A stretch of 63,033 bases of DNA, counting the filler, from Octopus bimaculoides (Eukaryota): assembly GCF_001194135.2 (NCBI RefSeq). It is 4 parts of 4 records of this genome, joined end to end, with 100 filler letters (N's around TTAATTAATTAA, not from the genome) between each part and the next. Parts side by side here need not be neighbours in the genome. Positions count along the whole stretch, not along the records: positions 20,550 to 50,956 come from NC_068987.1; 3 more parts are not named here. One strand, 5' to 3'. Position numbers and translations under genes: made by a program. Below the pieces are notes generated by a model, which made no database searches, was not told the origin of the DNA, and saw nothing but the letters and a program-made list of their open reading frames with translations. This document shows, piece after piece, positions 24,628 to 38,575 of the stretch. Position 1 is the stretch's first letter. Every line of letters starts with the position of its first letter.

Positions 24628-25161
24628 ATGCAACGACAACAGGAGAAGATGTAGTTGTTGTTGGATTGAAATTAGAATTGCTTGGATCAATATAGGAAGT
24701 AGAGCATAAACACAGAAGGTGTGTGACAGGAGAAGGAGTTGTAGTCATGGTGTTATGGGTTGAGCTTGACATTTGGCAATGTGATGCATTACAGATTATT
24801 GAATGTTGATAAAGATGAACAGTTGTATGACTTAGAGTATACACCCGACTCTAATTCTTGTTTAGGACTTAAAATATAGACGACCAAATTGATCTACATG
24901 CACACAGACACACTTCAGTACACACATACACACATCAAGCCACATACTTGAATGAATGTAATATGTCAAAAACATTTCAGTAGGAACCTAGTTAGCAATG
25001 CAAGGGAAATGCTATTAAATGAAATACAATACATAATTTCAATTTGAGAGAAGGTTGTTTGCATTTATATAAAAAAAAAAAAATAGTGAAAGCTAAGATA
25101 TAGCATTCCATTACTAGACGCAGACATATCCTTCTTCTCCACAGTAGTTTTTAGGTCTTAC

Positions 25162-25254
25162 CACTGGCTCCTTGGCGCTGGCGCACTGATTTGACACTGA
25201 GCAGTTCTCTATCAATTTCAAGAGTCCTTGTAGCCAGCTGGGTGAACTGGGTCA
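25162..25254 (-). CDS. Internal coding exon of an unidentified minus-strand host gene
   Basis: Acceptor atttattttacag and donor GTG/GTAAGA, 93 bp, phase 1 to 1, GC-richer than the flanks. The only open frame is (V)TQFTQLATRTLEIDRELLSVKSVRQRQGAS. Confidence 0.55.
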
Positions 25255-26855
25255 CTGTAAAATAAATTGCCTTACATGACCGTGTATCGAACACAAGACA
25301 TTATATTCGAGAATTGAGTTGTATTTCTTTTAGACCAGTCGCCGCCACACATATATGGTGTCGATTTCTTATTTAATTTCTGAAGTAAGTTGAAACACAG
25401 CGATTGTACCTCAGCTAACTTATACTTTAGTTTCATTGAGTTTATTACTTCTTCACCGATATGTTTTATGGTATTTATTTTCTTGCTTTGTTGTCATGTG
25501 TGCCAACAGTCATCTCAATATCTTCCTCCGAGAGAAACGCAGTTATATTTATTTTCACTAGACTGGGTACAGAGGAACTTTTTATGGATAATGGTTATAG
25601 TATAGTCATTTTATGCAACACTAGCCAAATTATTAGTCACTTATTTGATCGATCTCTGAGTTTTGCAATATAAAGCTGAACCCGATAGCATTTGAACAAT
25701 GAAAATAGACGGAGCAAGTTATTTAGTGAAGTGCTTTTATGTGTTCTTACTTTTTTCTTTTTGTTTTTGTTATGTCTCTTCTGCTTATTTAATGCTTGTT
25801 GGACTCGATTTCATGCACTCAGATATTTCTACTGCTATTACAGTGTCACCAATTCGATTTTAACATATAATAACGAGAAATATGAAGAAATATAATATCG
25901 CCCCAGGTTACATACCATTTGTTAATGAGTTGTAAATGTTCATAAGTCCAAAAGTTAAGTTACAGCGAAATATAAAGTATTAAGTTGGTTTATATATTCT
26001 GGTGCATAATGTGTGGTACGTTATGAAGCTATAAGTCTTAGGTTTCTGAACGAACTGATATAACACAAATTGAATTTTAAATAGTTACCAGTTAATACGG
26101 ATTCGAAAGGTCAGTGAGTTAGTATTTAAAATATGTAATTAACTTAAAGCGAACAAAACAAAACAAGAAACACGACTAATTCATCCGTATGTTATGTCTC
26201 TTCTGTGTATTGCAATCTGAACCTTGAAAGCAAAACCGAAATAAACCCGTTTGAACCGCGTTACAATAATTTTGACAGAGTCAGTAATATGGTTGGAGAA
26301 TGATATTCTGAATTTTCAACCACATTGACGTGCAGTTAAGTACATTTTCCAGTCGACAAAAAAGTACAAAATTTCTCTTATTTATGAGATATGTAGCTGA
26401 TATCATAGTGGAATGAAAATTTAGGGCTTTAAGAGAAGCAAATTTTCTTCATATTTTTTTTACAAACATATTGTGTTTCATTAGTTGGTTATAGTGTAAG
26501 CCTAAGTTGTAAACACATAAAAAGCAGAGTTACTATAAAGACTGGCAAACTGCATGCAGTCTGACGAATGAAGCTATTAATCTAAAGCAAGTTTCAATAG
26601 TTTTAATCTAAAATAATTGAAATCATAGTAATGTTTATAAAGACGACTATGAGTCAATGAATCGATTGATAACTGTTGCCTTTAATTGTTGCCTCAATGT
26701 AAATGTCATTAGTTGAACTCAGCAACATAAAATAATGAAATATTGCCATTGCTGCTTTTAATGATAAATTTTCCCTAAATTTAGTTCGTTCTAAATAAAT
26801 AGTAATTATTTTGCTTCCATGGAACTTAACTCACCAAGAAATAATATCAGGTGGT

Positions 26856-27055
26856 GTGGAAGCGCGAGCCAGGCAAAGTGCTTAGCAGTATTTCGTCCAT
26901 CTTTATGTTCTGAGTTCACATTCGGCCAAGGTCAACTTTGCCTTTCATTCTTTCGGGGCCGATGAAATAGGTATTAGTTGAATTTTGGGGTCGGTCGACG
27001 TAATCGACTAGCCCTCGCCCAGCTTAGTGGCCGCGTACCAAAATTTGAAACCAAT
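26856..27055 (+). mobile_element. SINE family A
   Basis: atttcgtccatctttatgttctgagttcacattcggccaaggtcaactttgcctttcattctttcggggccgatgaaatagg...gtaatcgact. Confidence 0.8.
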
Positions 27056-28201
27056 ATCAGATGGTATGTGCATATGTGTGTATATTTGTATATATATTCT
27101 CTTAGAGAATATTCGCTAATTCACTGTGGACTAATACACATTTAATTATGTATATTGACTGAAGTCACAGTAAGGTGTTGTGCTATAGGCACTTCCGAAC
27201 ATTGAAAGTAGCAACCGCATCGATTCAAATAAGAATAGTTCACTTAAGATCTACATTTAAAAAATTCTCACCGCGTATCATGAGTCAAAGTAGATACTTC
27301 ACTTAAGAGAGAATTACTTATAAAGAAAAGGAAGCGTTAGTTACAGCATTTATAGCTAATCATTTGGCACAATCTCCAGAACATTCAGTCATGTGAAGAA
27401 TAATTAAACTTCTCTCTTCGCTTCTTGCCCCACATGGGCTCAACTCTCCTCCTATCCTCACGATACCTACTTCCTCTCTTCACTCCTACCCACCTCTCCT
27501 CTCCTCTCTTGTCCTGACACCTCTCTTCACTCCTGCCCACATTCTCCCTTCATTGATAGACCCTCCATCTACATCCTACCATCACACATCCCATTCCCAG
27601 ATACCCCACACCTCCCCCCTCCATCCAGATCCTCACCCCGACCCACAGCCCACCCTAACATCCCCACACCTCACACCACCACATCACACATCACCACCCC
27701 ACACCACTTTGCACACACTACCACCCCACACCACTTCGCATACACTACCACCCCACCCCACTCCGCACATACTGCCACTGACCACTTCCCAGCACCTACA
27801 CCATCATCCACACACCCATACACCCACACATTACAGACGCGCAGACTTACGCATACATCCACATGTCAAAGTCCCCAGCCACTATCCGCACGCGCACATT
27901 TACACACTCTCACATATACATACGCACACGCACTTTTGTTTTGGTATCACCAGTACTTTATTGTCTCCCCTTTTTCATAGCTCTCCTACCCAATTACCTT
28001 TCTCCAACAAGTCGCCATGATCGACTGCTAAATCCACAAGCTTCTTTTATTCTCTCTCTGATTATTTCCTCATGCTTCTTTCTATTGAAGAGCGTAGGCC
28101 CGAGACTTTGTCACCTTCCTGAGCGTCAAACTAATACACTTGCTTTTTTGTACACCTATCTTTTGTTTTTCTGTAAATTTCAATGAAATAAACTTGAAGC
28201 G

Positions 28202-28236
28202 ATTTTGACGCGGTCGAATATATGTCTTCAGAGAAT
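28202..28236 (-). ncRNA. Degenerate type I minimal hammerhead motif (Penelope-type)
   Basis: Minus reads ATTCT-CTGAAGA-CATATATT-CGACC-GC-GTC-AAAAT. Core CUGAAGA and cleavage triplet GUC are present, stem I ATTCT/AAAAT has one mismatch, and GAAA has decayed to GACC. Confidence 0.35.
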
Positions 28237-29419
28237 TAACGCCTACGAAAGCTTGATGGAAAAATGCAATATTATAGCAGTTTGAATATTTAAGTGTGAA
28301 GCATTAGATTTATTTGCTGATGTTTGTATTAGTTGTGTTAATCATAGGTGATTGCACGTCCTGGGACAGCACAACGACACCAAACCATTAATACGAAACG
28401 ATTTGATATCACAGAAATGCTTCATTATTGTTATCTAAAAATTTTATGGCTTAAAAGATGAAGGAACTCTTCAGAAGGTTTGGGCGAGAAATGTGCGAAA
28501 GGAGATAGACGCCATTGTATTTATGTGTGTGGGGGTGTTGTATTTCTGCTAGATTATTGTGTGTATGTATATATATATCAATATACACATATGTGTGTGT
28601 AGATGTGTGCGTGTGTGTGTATGTGTGCGTGTGACTAAATGTATATAATATACACACATATATGTAGAAGAATATTTGTATATGTATATATATTTACGTT
28701 TGTGTATCTATATATCTATATATATATATATCTGTGCGTGTGTGTGTGTGTGTGCTTGTGAGTTGAGTGTGTCTATACCATCTTTCGGTTCTGAGCTGAC
28801 GTAAATTTCACTTGATTTACACAACAGATACTTTAGGATAAATACATAAAAATCAAATACTCACCAACTTCCCCAGAAATATAGCTCTTTGTGTTTAGTA
28901 ATAAGAATCTAATATTTATGAAGCTATTATAACTTCTTGAAAGCCTCGGATTATTGAAGAATAAATAATACGGATGAAGATATTTTACACATTTTGAATC
29001 ATTTATATTATGGTTTGTATTTTTATATTTACTATATACTGATTTTATGTTATTCTGGATGATATTTCGCAAAAACTTAGTATGGTATACTTACTGTATC
29101 TCGCTAAACATTAAGTTATCGTCGTCAACCCATCAACATTTTTATCATCTTATCGTAAAAGATGGTTTTATTTCAATCTTTTACTTTCCTTTATATCTTA
29201 TTTAATATTTTTATATATTTATGTTTTTAATGCACGCAACGTGTATAGATATATCCATTAAACGACAAATATCATAAACAACTTTCAGTGAAGAAATTTT
29301 CACCTACAAATGGTCAAAGTTTGACCACAGATGGTAACATATGCTCAAATATCCATATAAATGATATAGCAATCGAAGTTTCAAATCCTCATACAAAATT
29401 CGATTTTACCGAGAAAAGC

Positions 29420-30540
29420 AAAATGCCTAAAATATTAAAAGGAAACAATAAGTTAAACAACATACAGTTAGAAAGTACAAAGAAGGAATATAAAATTTTA
29501 AAAAGTCCACCTCCAGCCTGCATCACTGTGCCATACCCCATTGATCTCAAACTGGGACCAATTGTGGCAGGTACAAATTGTGAAACACACATATTAAGCA
29601 AGTTCATTGTTATACTCTTACAACCAATACTTAAACATACACCAAATATTTATGAGATGATCTGGGCCTCTTAAACCACCCCCGCAAACATGCCAATAGA
29701 GACATTTTTTCATCGTTTCCTTTGATGTGATAAAACTTTATACTAATATTCCACATCAATACGAACTGGAAGCCATTAAATTCTGGCTAGAAAAATACCT
29801 CAATGAGGTCCCGTAAAGAATAAAAGAGGAATTTATCATCGAAGGCTTTAAGATTATCCTCCAAAACAACTTTTTCAATTTTAATAATAATACCTAAAAA
29901 CAGGTATCAGGGACTGCGATGTTTACTAAAGTTGCCCCAACTTATGCCAATCTGATGGACTACCTGGAAATACAAATGTATGAACAATCCGAATTAAATT
30001 ACGGCCTTTCTCTCCACAAATATCTGTTGGAGAATTAGAAACGCTATTTGGATGACTGCTTCATTCTATGATCTCACATATTTGGCCAACTCAATGAATT
30101 CAAAAATTTAATCAACAGTGGAATATAGTCAAGTTCACCTCCCATGTCTACACATTCTTATTATAAAAAAAGGCACCAACACCGAAACAATATTCACTAC
30201 AAAGCGACAGATTCCAAACAATACCTCCTGTTCACCTCCAATCACCCAAAGTACACAAAGGCAAACATCCCCTTCAATATAGCAAGAAGAATCTGTACAA
30301 TTGTCTCAAATTATGAAACGCGAAATAAAAGACTCCAAGAACTAAAAGAAATTCCTTTCGAAAGACAGTAGCCAGTATCATTAGTTGACAATGGAACAGA
30401 ACGGGACAAGAAAATCAATATCCAAGACTTACGAAACCCAAAACACATTCAAAGTACATTAAATAGACTCCCATATCTCCCAAGAAACAATCCAAGAAAT
30501 ACAGAAGCTTACACGATTATATACAAGAACATCCCACTAC
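29420..30540 (+). mobile_element. Penelope-like element reverse transcriptase, degenerate
   Basis: Successive motifs: GPIVAGTNCETHILSKFIVILLQP; IVSFDVIKLYTNIPH; KIILQNNFF; QVSGTAMFTKVAPTYANL; KRYLDDCFIL; thumb HYKATDSKQYLLFTSNHPKYTKANIPFNIARRICTIVS. Several stops and frameshifts. Confidence 0.9.
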
Positions 30541-31374
30541 TGAGTCAAAACCGACGTTTGAAGACGTTCGCCCCATGAGCAATTATAATCATTGATTTCA
30601 AACGCGAGATGGAGGTTTCTGCCTAGGCGAATATCTCTCATTTTCTCAATTCTATTGTATAATGTTTATTAGCAAAATACCATGCAGTATTTGGAAATTT
30701 GGCATTGTGTATACCTGTTATATCTGCTCATACCATCAATCGAAAAACATTTATGAAATGATGGGCCGGTGCATGTTCGTTCACGGAGCGAACATTTTAT
30801 CAGCTTGGATTGGTTCATGTATCCATGACTAGACAATACCAGCTTTAGACAGACAGATTTGTCGTTTAATGATAGACAAATTAGACAGACAATTTTAATT
30901 ACAATTGAATTATTTAAAGAGATTATTGATACTTATGAATTTTATTTGTCATTGTGATCTTAATTATACAATGCGATTCACGTCAGAATGATAATATTTA
31001 TGAAATTATCAGTACGACAGACTTTGTTGGCATTCGTTTATAAAACATCACGATTCACCAAAAGGAAGGCCTTTGTGGTGCCGATGAAAGAGCGACAAAG
31101 AAAAAGTTTTGCTCAAAGCATCTCTTTTGTAGTTCACGAACGGAAACAATCATGTCATTAATTCCTCATGAAGCTTGAAAACGTGATTGAAACTCAGGAA
31201 CAAGATACGTCTCCACATGATTAATGAACCTATCATGAAAAATTTTACTCAATATTTTACAATGCACTGGTGGAAAATGAACACATATCTTCATCACTAT
31301 TTTGTTTGTGCAACTCCAGAAAACAGCATTGAAGTTTTGAGGAGGTGTACCCTCCCCGACTCATATGTACATAC

Positions 31375-31525
<151 letters not shown>

Positions 31526-32621
31526 TTGGAAAAGTTCTAACATCTTATTTCCATCTCATTTGTGTACACCTGCCAGAATACTGTCAATACCAAGAACTTG
31601 GATTTTAGGTTTGTGAAAAGCAGCTCTTACTTCACCGAAACAAGGTTGGTTCTCAAGAAATTTTTCTAGATCTTTTGAAATAATTTCCAAAGGGAATAGT
31701 TCAGCATTTGATGAACATTCTAGTGAAGCTCTAAAATATTCGCGCCACCACAAATATTTGTATTTGTATCATTAAAAGCTCAAACCGGAGCATACAAATA
31801 AATAAATAAATAAATAAAATAATCAATGCCTGTAGCGTTAATTCATAGCGAGAGAACTCCTTAATACTATTTCAGTTGTATGCTACCTGGAAATTCCATC
31901 TACTTTTCAATTTACCTTTATTTATCTTCCTTCTAAATTCTTACTTAATCTTTGAGCAGGCAGATTTGCACTGTACCAATTAAAAAAATTTTTTGACAAA
32001 CTTATTTAGAGAGTTGTATGCAACAAGAACAATATACTTGTTATATGCACATTCTAGTCGTTTTGTCAGTCCATATGCAGGGATTTTGTTATAACAATAT
32101 TTCTTTGTAATTTGGGGAACTTCGTTTCTGAACCCATCCTATTTGGAGGGATATTCCAATGAATTGAAGCATTGCTTTAACTCTTGTCTAATGAGAGTTT
32201 TCTGTAGCATTGCAGAATGAAACCATTTTAGACACTGAAAATTTTGCTTCCTAAATTTAAGATTCAATAAGAGCTTTAGTTTACTGCGTAAATATGTTGA
32301 TCCATCTCGCACACTGCACCTCTGAAAACCCGGAAATATCTCACTTCATTCATTCATTCATTCAAAACTTTCCTTTCATTTACCATATTTCTTAGTGTCT
32401 CGGTACCCACAAATTCCTTTGTTGGAGTCATTATGTTCAAAACAGTGTTTATATATAAGGAAATCCAGTACTGTACACATTTCTATTAAAAGGAAATAAT
32501 TGGAAATTGAAAATCATTGATTCGACCCTTAATGTTCTAAACTGTTAAATTTATGAGAATTTTCACAACATCGGGTTGAAGTGCCCGAATTTTCCAAATA
32601 ATAACTTTTAGCACACACACA

Positions 32622-32664
<43 letters not shown>

Positions 32665-35356
32665 ACACACAGACACACACACAGACACACACAAGCGCGC
32701 GTGTGTGGGTGCGAGTGTGCGCATGCGCTCATCGAAGACATGCTTTTTAAGAAATATATATTATCTACATCCGTCTAATCGCTTCGAATATACCCTATGT
32801 CCTGCAATTTTTCTCAATCGCTTTGACATTTTTTTGTTTCATCACAGATGATTTGTTTGTTCCTCTCTTTCACATGAACCTAAATTTATTTCATATATAT
32901 TCTAATAAACTATTCAGTTGATGTGCCTTTTGATCCATTGTATCTAATAGATCTGTTCTCGCCTCGTACTGCCTTGGTGGTGAGTAGATGAAAGAAGTTT
33001 TCTTCCATGAACTGAAGCTGCTCTCGTCTATATTGGATTTTTAGCAAGACCAAAATGAACCTGGTAGGGATGACCAAGTGACCAAGTGACCAAGATGTTG
33101 CTTGAGGATTTGACGTCGACCTACATAAACTCAAATATTGAAATACCAGTGATTTGTCTGTAGAATCCTTATAAAACTGCGATTACACGTTAGTAAAAAA
33201 CAACAAAAAAACCCCTCAATTGTCTGCTACACAACAGAGTGGATAATCTACACTCACACTGAAGCTTATGTTTTAACTGTACTCCTCACCACAAGATAAA
33301 CATGAAATGGATACGTCATGTCTGCATAAACTACCCAGTTGCAAAAAAATGTCACTATAACTAATCTACTTAATAAACTAAAATAAAGACTCTCTATAAA
33401 TGTTAAAACAAATTAACTCCAGCTTTCGTAACTCAATATTTAAAATTATAGTTGTGTTGTTGGAAGTATCTGAATCACAGAGATGTTTTTAATATAACTG
33501 GCATGCTTGCAGCTCCTAAAAAGTGATGGTACTTGTGTACTTAACGGTTGCTGAATAATTCTATATAAGACGGATTATATGCTTTTAATTTTTGAAAATA
33601 TGTCTGAATAACTTTAGGCTAACGTCTCGCTTTTGCTGTTTGGTGTCGGAAACCAGGCATTGCAGCCTTAACAAAATGAAAGCACTGCTGGTTCATCTTC
33701 AGCTTCTTATGGTTACTTTGCCAGATGTTATCTGCTAATTCTTGTAGTCAGCCAATTTTTCTCCTATGGCTCCTCCCCATCAAAAAATAAAAAAAATAAA
33801 AATAAATAAATAAAAAGACAAAAGTTTCAGTTACAACCCCACACCATACAAAAAACCCCTGAAAACAGAGAAAATAATACAAAAATCCTAAATAAATGCA
33901 AATAAGACATTATCATCATCATCATCATCAACAATATTCGACAATAACAGCAATATCTATAGTAATAATAACAACGCTATCAATAATAACTAATGCTATT
34001 ACAACAATAAACGAAATAAAACAATAACAAAAGCCAGGAGACATAATAACAAGAAGAAAACGACGAGTACAAGAAGAGCATGAAGAGAAACTTTAACAAG
34101 AACGACGACAGCAGTAACACATCATTGACTTTGCAACGCTCTGATTGACGAGTGAAGTCAGAATTATCTGTAAAAGATATTATATTGTTTTCACTTTGAA
34201 GGAAAATGGCAAATGCAGTTCTTAGCTTACAACAGAAATGCCTACTCCCACAAACACCTCACCCCCACCCTTTGCTAACCCTTTATTGCCTCCACGTCTT
34301 ACGTTTACTTTTCCTTACATTTCAGAACGCACCAGTTTTTTATATTACACCACTGGAGAAAAAAAATATCAGCTGAGGCAAAAATTCTTGCTATGTAAAA
34401 CATTTTAAAAACAAATTTCATTTACATATGAGATTGGAAAACATTAAACAACAAATACCATTTCCAGAAGGGTCGATGAGGAATATCTTAAGGTACAGCT
34501 TGTAGAAATATTAATATTTTTGCTCTGATATTGTGTCGAGTGTTATAGCGTCGGAGTCATACACTCACCATAAGCCAAGTTCATATACCAGTTTCAATTT
34601 CCAAATGAAGCTATTAATACTCGTCTCCATGTGAGTACCGCACCTGAGCATCATACGAACTGAAAGTTCACCAGTTCGTATCTCACTGCTTCTCATTTTC
34701 GTTTTTTGCTTTTGTTTTTGAATGATTTATCTCTCAATAGCTTAGTTTAATTTGTCGTAAATACACAAGACAATATTGAAAGTATAAAAGGATATTCGTC
34801 GGTATGGATTTCAGTGTAAAGAATATTACTTCAGTAATAAAGAAGAAATGTATAAAAATGGAATTTATAAATAACGAGAAAGAGAAAAGAAGTCTACTGC
34901 GTACTTCTTCAGATAGAGAACAAAGATTTATTTTTCACAGGCGTTAAAATGGCGTGCACTACTCAGTTTTGAGGCCCAGATATTTTTTACTCTCTCTCTC
35001 TCTCTCTCTCTCCGATCTTCCTCACACTTCTTCCTCATGACATAAAATATACTGTACATAAAGTTTTAGATCTTTTTCACCATCTTTCCCAACAAAAAAA
35101 TAAAAGACAAAAGAATAGAGAAAATGAAGTACTATTTTTATTCTTGGTGATTTCAAGAATCCTATAGCAGTGAAAAGTGATCTGAGATTAAAAACGGGAC
35201 TTTAACTTCTCTCATGAAAAATATAATTTAACAAGATCAAGACTGTAACAGGTGTTTCCTCCAATAATATTCTCATCTCTGTAATCCTGTACCAATGGGT
35301 ATTCTTTCATTAATATTTCTCGACTTAATGCCATTAGGTAAGAGAAAGAAATATTG

Positions 35357-35560
35357 GTTTCAAATTTTGGCGCTAGACCAGCAATTTCGGGAGCGGGGGT
35401 AAGTCGGATACATTGACCCCCAGTGCTTACCTTGTACTTATTTTATCAACCCCAATAGGATGAAAGGCAAAGTTGACCTCGGCAGAATTTGAACTGAGAA
35501 CGTAAAGACGGACGAAATCATTTTGCCCGGGGCGCTAACGATTCTGCTATCTCGTCACCT
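35357..35560 (-). mobile_element. SINE family A
   Basis: Revcomp reads ggtgacgagatagcagaatcgttagcgcccc...acgttctcagttcaaattctgccgaggtcaactttgcctttcatcc. Confidence 0.85.
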
Positions 35561-36073
35561 TATAGATAAAGAAATGATGTGAACAGACGGTTTATGTTTT
35601 ACGTGTGAGAGAATTGAATATTGTAAATGCAATGGATCTTCTAAAGATTATTAGCTGCAGGGATGCGTTCAAAGTACATTCACACCTTTCTCTTTATCTG
35701 CGTGGATGTTTAACCTTGATGGTTGACCTTTATAAAGTATATTTATTCAGAAGATATTTTTACCTCCACAACACCCATGGTTTTTTTGTACGTTTGACTC
35801 TACTATGCAATGTCTCCGTCTTGGTTTGACCAGGTATTTTGTAACTTATGACAATTTTCTTTTTCATTTTTCAAGTTGAAGTACAATGTAAATATTTATA
35901 AAGTATCATTAACAGCATCAATCCTGCTATAATACTGAACCTGAATTTATAAGCCCCGATGAGATCTTTGTGCTGTTAGAAATTAGAGCTGAGGCAAAGC
36001 AATACCAATTCCAAAAGCTGGTTTATCCTAGCTCCATATTTGCGTTTTTGAATATAATTCGATAAGCACTCAC

Positions 36074-36125
36074 CCGATATGCTCAAACTTATTCCATGAA
36101 TACCTCAGGTTTTTTGTAATTTTAT
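36074..36125 (-). CDS. Candidate internal exon
   Basis: Donor CGG/GTGAGT is strong and the acceptor ttatttcaaatcaag is weak. The only open frame is (D)KITKNLRYSWNKFEHIG. Confidence 0.25.
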
Positions 36126-38542
36126 CTTGATTTGAAATAAGGTGGTGGATTAGCAGAATCATTAAACCTATAAGATATTTCAAATAACTAACAGTATTTG
36201 TTCCCGATTTTACATTCTGATTTTGCACTCCTTCGAGGCCAATGAAATAAGATGTCAAATCAAGCACTTTATTACATTGATTCGGCTTCGTCGGTGAATT
36301 AAATAGATTGGGGCATATTCATTCTCCAGCTCGCTATCCCAAAGTTCAAAGCTGGCGTCTATATAAAAAAATAATTTTTAATATGCGAGGTCGATAACAT
36401 AGTACCAGTTAAACACTAGGTTCGTTTAATCGATTTACTTCTTCCTCGAACTTGCTGGCCTTGTGCCAAAATTGAAATCACGCATCATTACCCTATGTGA
36501 AAAAAACAAGGACAACATGTTCTCACATTCCTTACACGTTGCAATTAAAACGAAAAAAAAAATAAAGATAACATTTCAATTTTATATTTTAAAAAAGCTA
36601 ACTTTAGATTGGTTGAATCTGTAGGGTCTCGATGTGAAAGTATCGCCACGTGAAATAAAAAAAAATAGTGCAATAAATTCGTTTTTATCAAGAATCGAAC
36701 TCTGTCGGGTCGATAGATTTTCGAGAACTCAGAGTGAATTAACAATAATAAATTACTAGCTGGAACCATAAGAATTCTATGCTTTATAAATTTACTTATT
36801 TTACATTTCGAACGAAAAGAGAAGCATCACGATTTTTTCAAGCCCAACCTCAATTGGCCAAGCTACATATTGTCGTAAACAGCATAGCAATAGTCACCAA
36901 AGTCTTCTATGAGTTATGTTGCCGATCTTGTGAGAGAAGCTTTCATATATCCCTCAAATCATGCACGAATATCTTCACACAAAGAGGACACTCGAAATAA
37001 TGTGTTCCTGAGGGAATTATGCTTAAAAAATAGAGAAATATGGGACAGTTACGACTGATATGACTTTGATCATTCAACAGTAAGAGCAGGGATGACCATG
37101 GAGGTTAAATAATAATAATAATAACATCAACAACAGCTATTATTTTGTGTTATCGATTTCGGATATATTTGAACTGAGAACAAGTAGGTTTATAACTAAC
37201 TACAATAAAACATAAACTACATTTCTGGAATTCCTCTCCCCAATACCTTCGTTTGCCATACCTAGATTGTATGTTGTTATATTATCATGCCGTGCCATAA
37301 TAATAAATCACTAGAAATAATATATGTTCAAAGCAATAGAGCGTAATTTCATTTCTGGTTCTGGAGAGAAGCAGTGTCCATTTGATGCGGAATTTGCACT
37401 GTTCTGCAGCACTGCTTCTCCTGACAAAGATAAAACACACATAAACAAATACACAAACAAACATTCGTACACATACTGTCTCACAAACAAACGCAAAGAT
37501 GTAGAAAATCATATAGAGACACAAACACACAGACATACGCACAAGATCATACGAACGATCACATACAGACAGGAATGTAGGGTCTGTTGAAGAATTTCTT
37601 GTCGATATCATTGAATATTTAAGGAAAGTTTCGATAAATTATTGTTGGTCGTACGACTCTGTGTCACACTGAATAAACATCATTGATTGGGTAGGTGGAG
37701 TTGTCTATGAGTTTGTGTGTGTATGTGTGTGCAAGTATGTATAGGTGTGATTTTGTGTGTATGTGTATGATGGTAATTGGATAAAAATATTTGCGTTCTG
37801 GGTCAGTCTGTGCAGATGAATATGTGGTTATACATACAGACACAAACATACACACATACATAAGGGCATATGCACATATTCACGTATGTATGCTTTTATA
37901 CATACATGCATGCGTACATACATACATGCATACATACATATATGTTGTGTGAGTACATGCACACATATACTTACGCACGCACAGAAGAACACAGGTATAT
38001 AAGTAAATAAAAAAAAATGCGATCGTCACCCGCCATCAAAGATGACTCCGTAGCATGCTGCTTGCATTCGCTAATTGCTTTAGGGCGGGTATGTAGATGC
38101 AAACAAACATCCCTTCGGCCTTACCACCCAGCGAAACATCCAGGATGTGTCAGCTGGAGAAAGAGAGTGCTGTTCTGAAATGGTCTGATAATATCTATCA
38201 ACTCCGAATGGATGAAAGGCATCGTTGATTCGGTGGGATTTGAATATATACATATATTTGTGTGTGTAATCATACATACATACATACATACAATGAAGTT
38301 AAAAGAATGGACAATGGCAATTCATTCGTTGTGATATCAACGAATTACTACGAACACACATACATTCCCATGCACACGTATGTATGTATGTATGTATGTA
38401 TGTATGTATGTATGTATGTATGCATGCATGTATGATGTATGCATATGCATATACTCATACGTATATGTATAACTTACATATCTATCACACCATCTGTCTG
38501 CTTCAATATATATTTCTATATGTACATATATATGTATGTGCT

Positions 38543-38575
<33 letters not shown>

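Noticed and set aside
32918-33125. Exon-like stretch (plus VDVPFDPLYLIDLFSPRTALV with a GTGAGT donor; minus VDVKSSSNILVTWS, FN3-like)
   Set aside because: The solutions conflict, the minus donor is weak, and an 8-bp tandem triplication runs through the FN3-like words. It cannot be supported without RNA data.
37346-37403. GAGAAGCAGTG...CACTGCTTCTC stem as a pre-miRNA
   Set aside because: Only the outer 11 bp pair; the inner region folds poorly.
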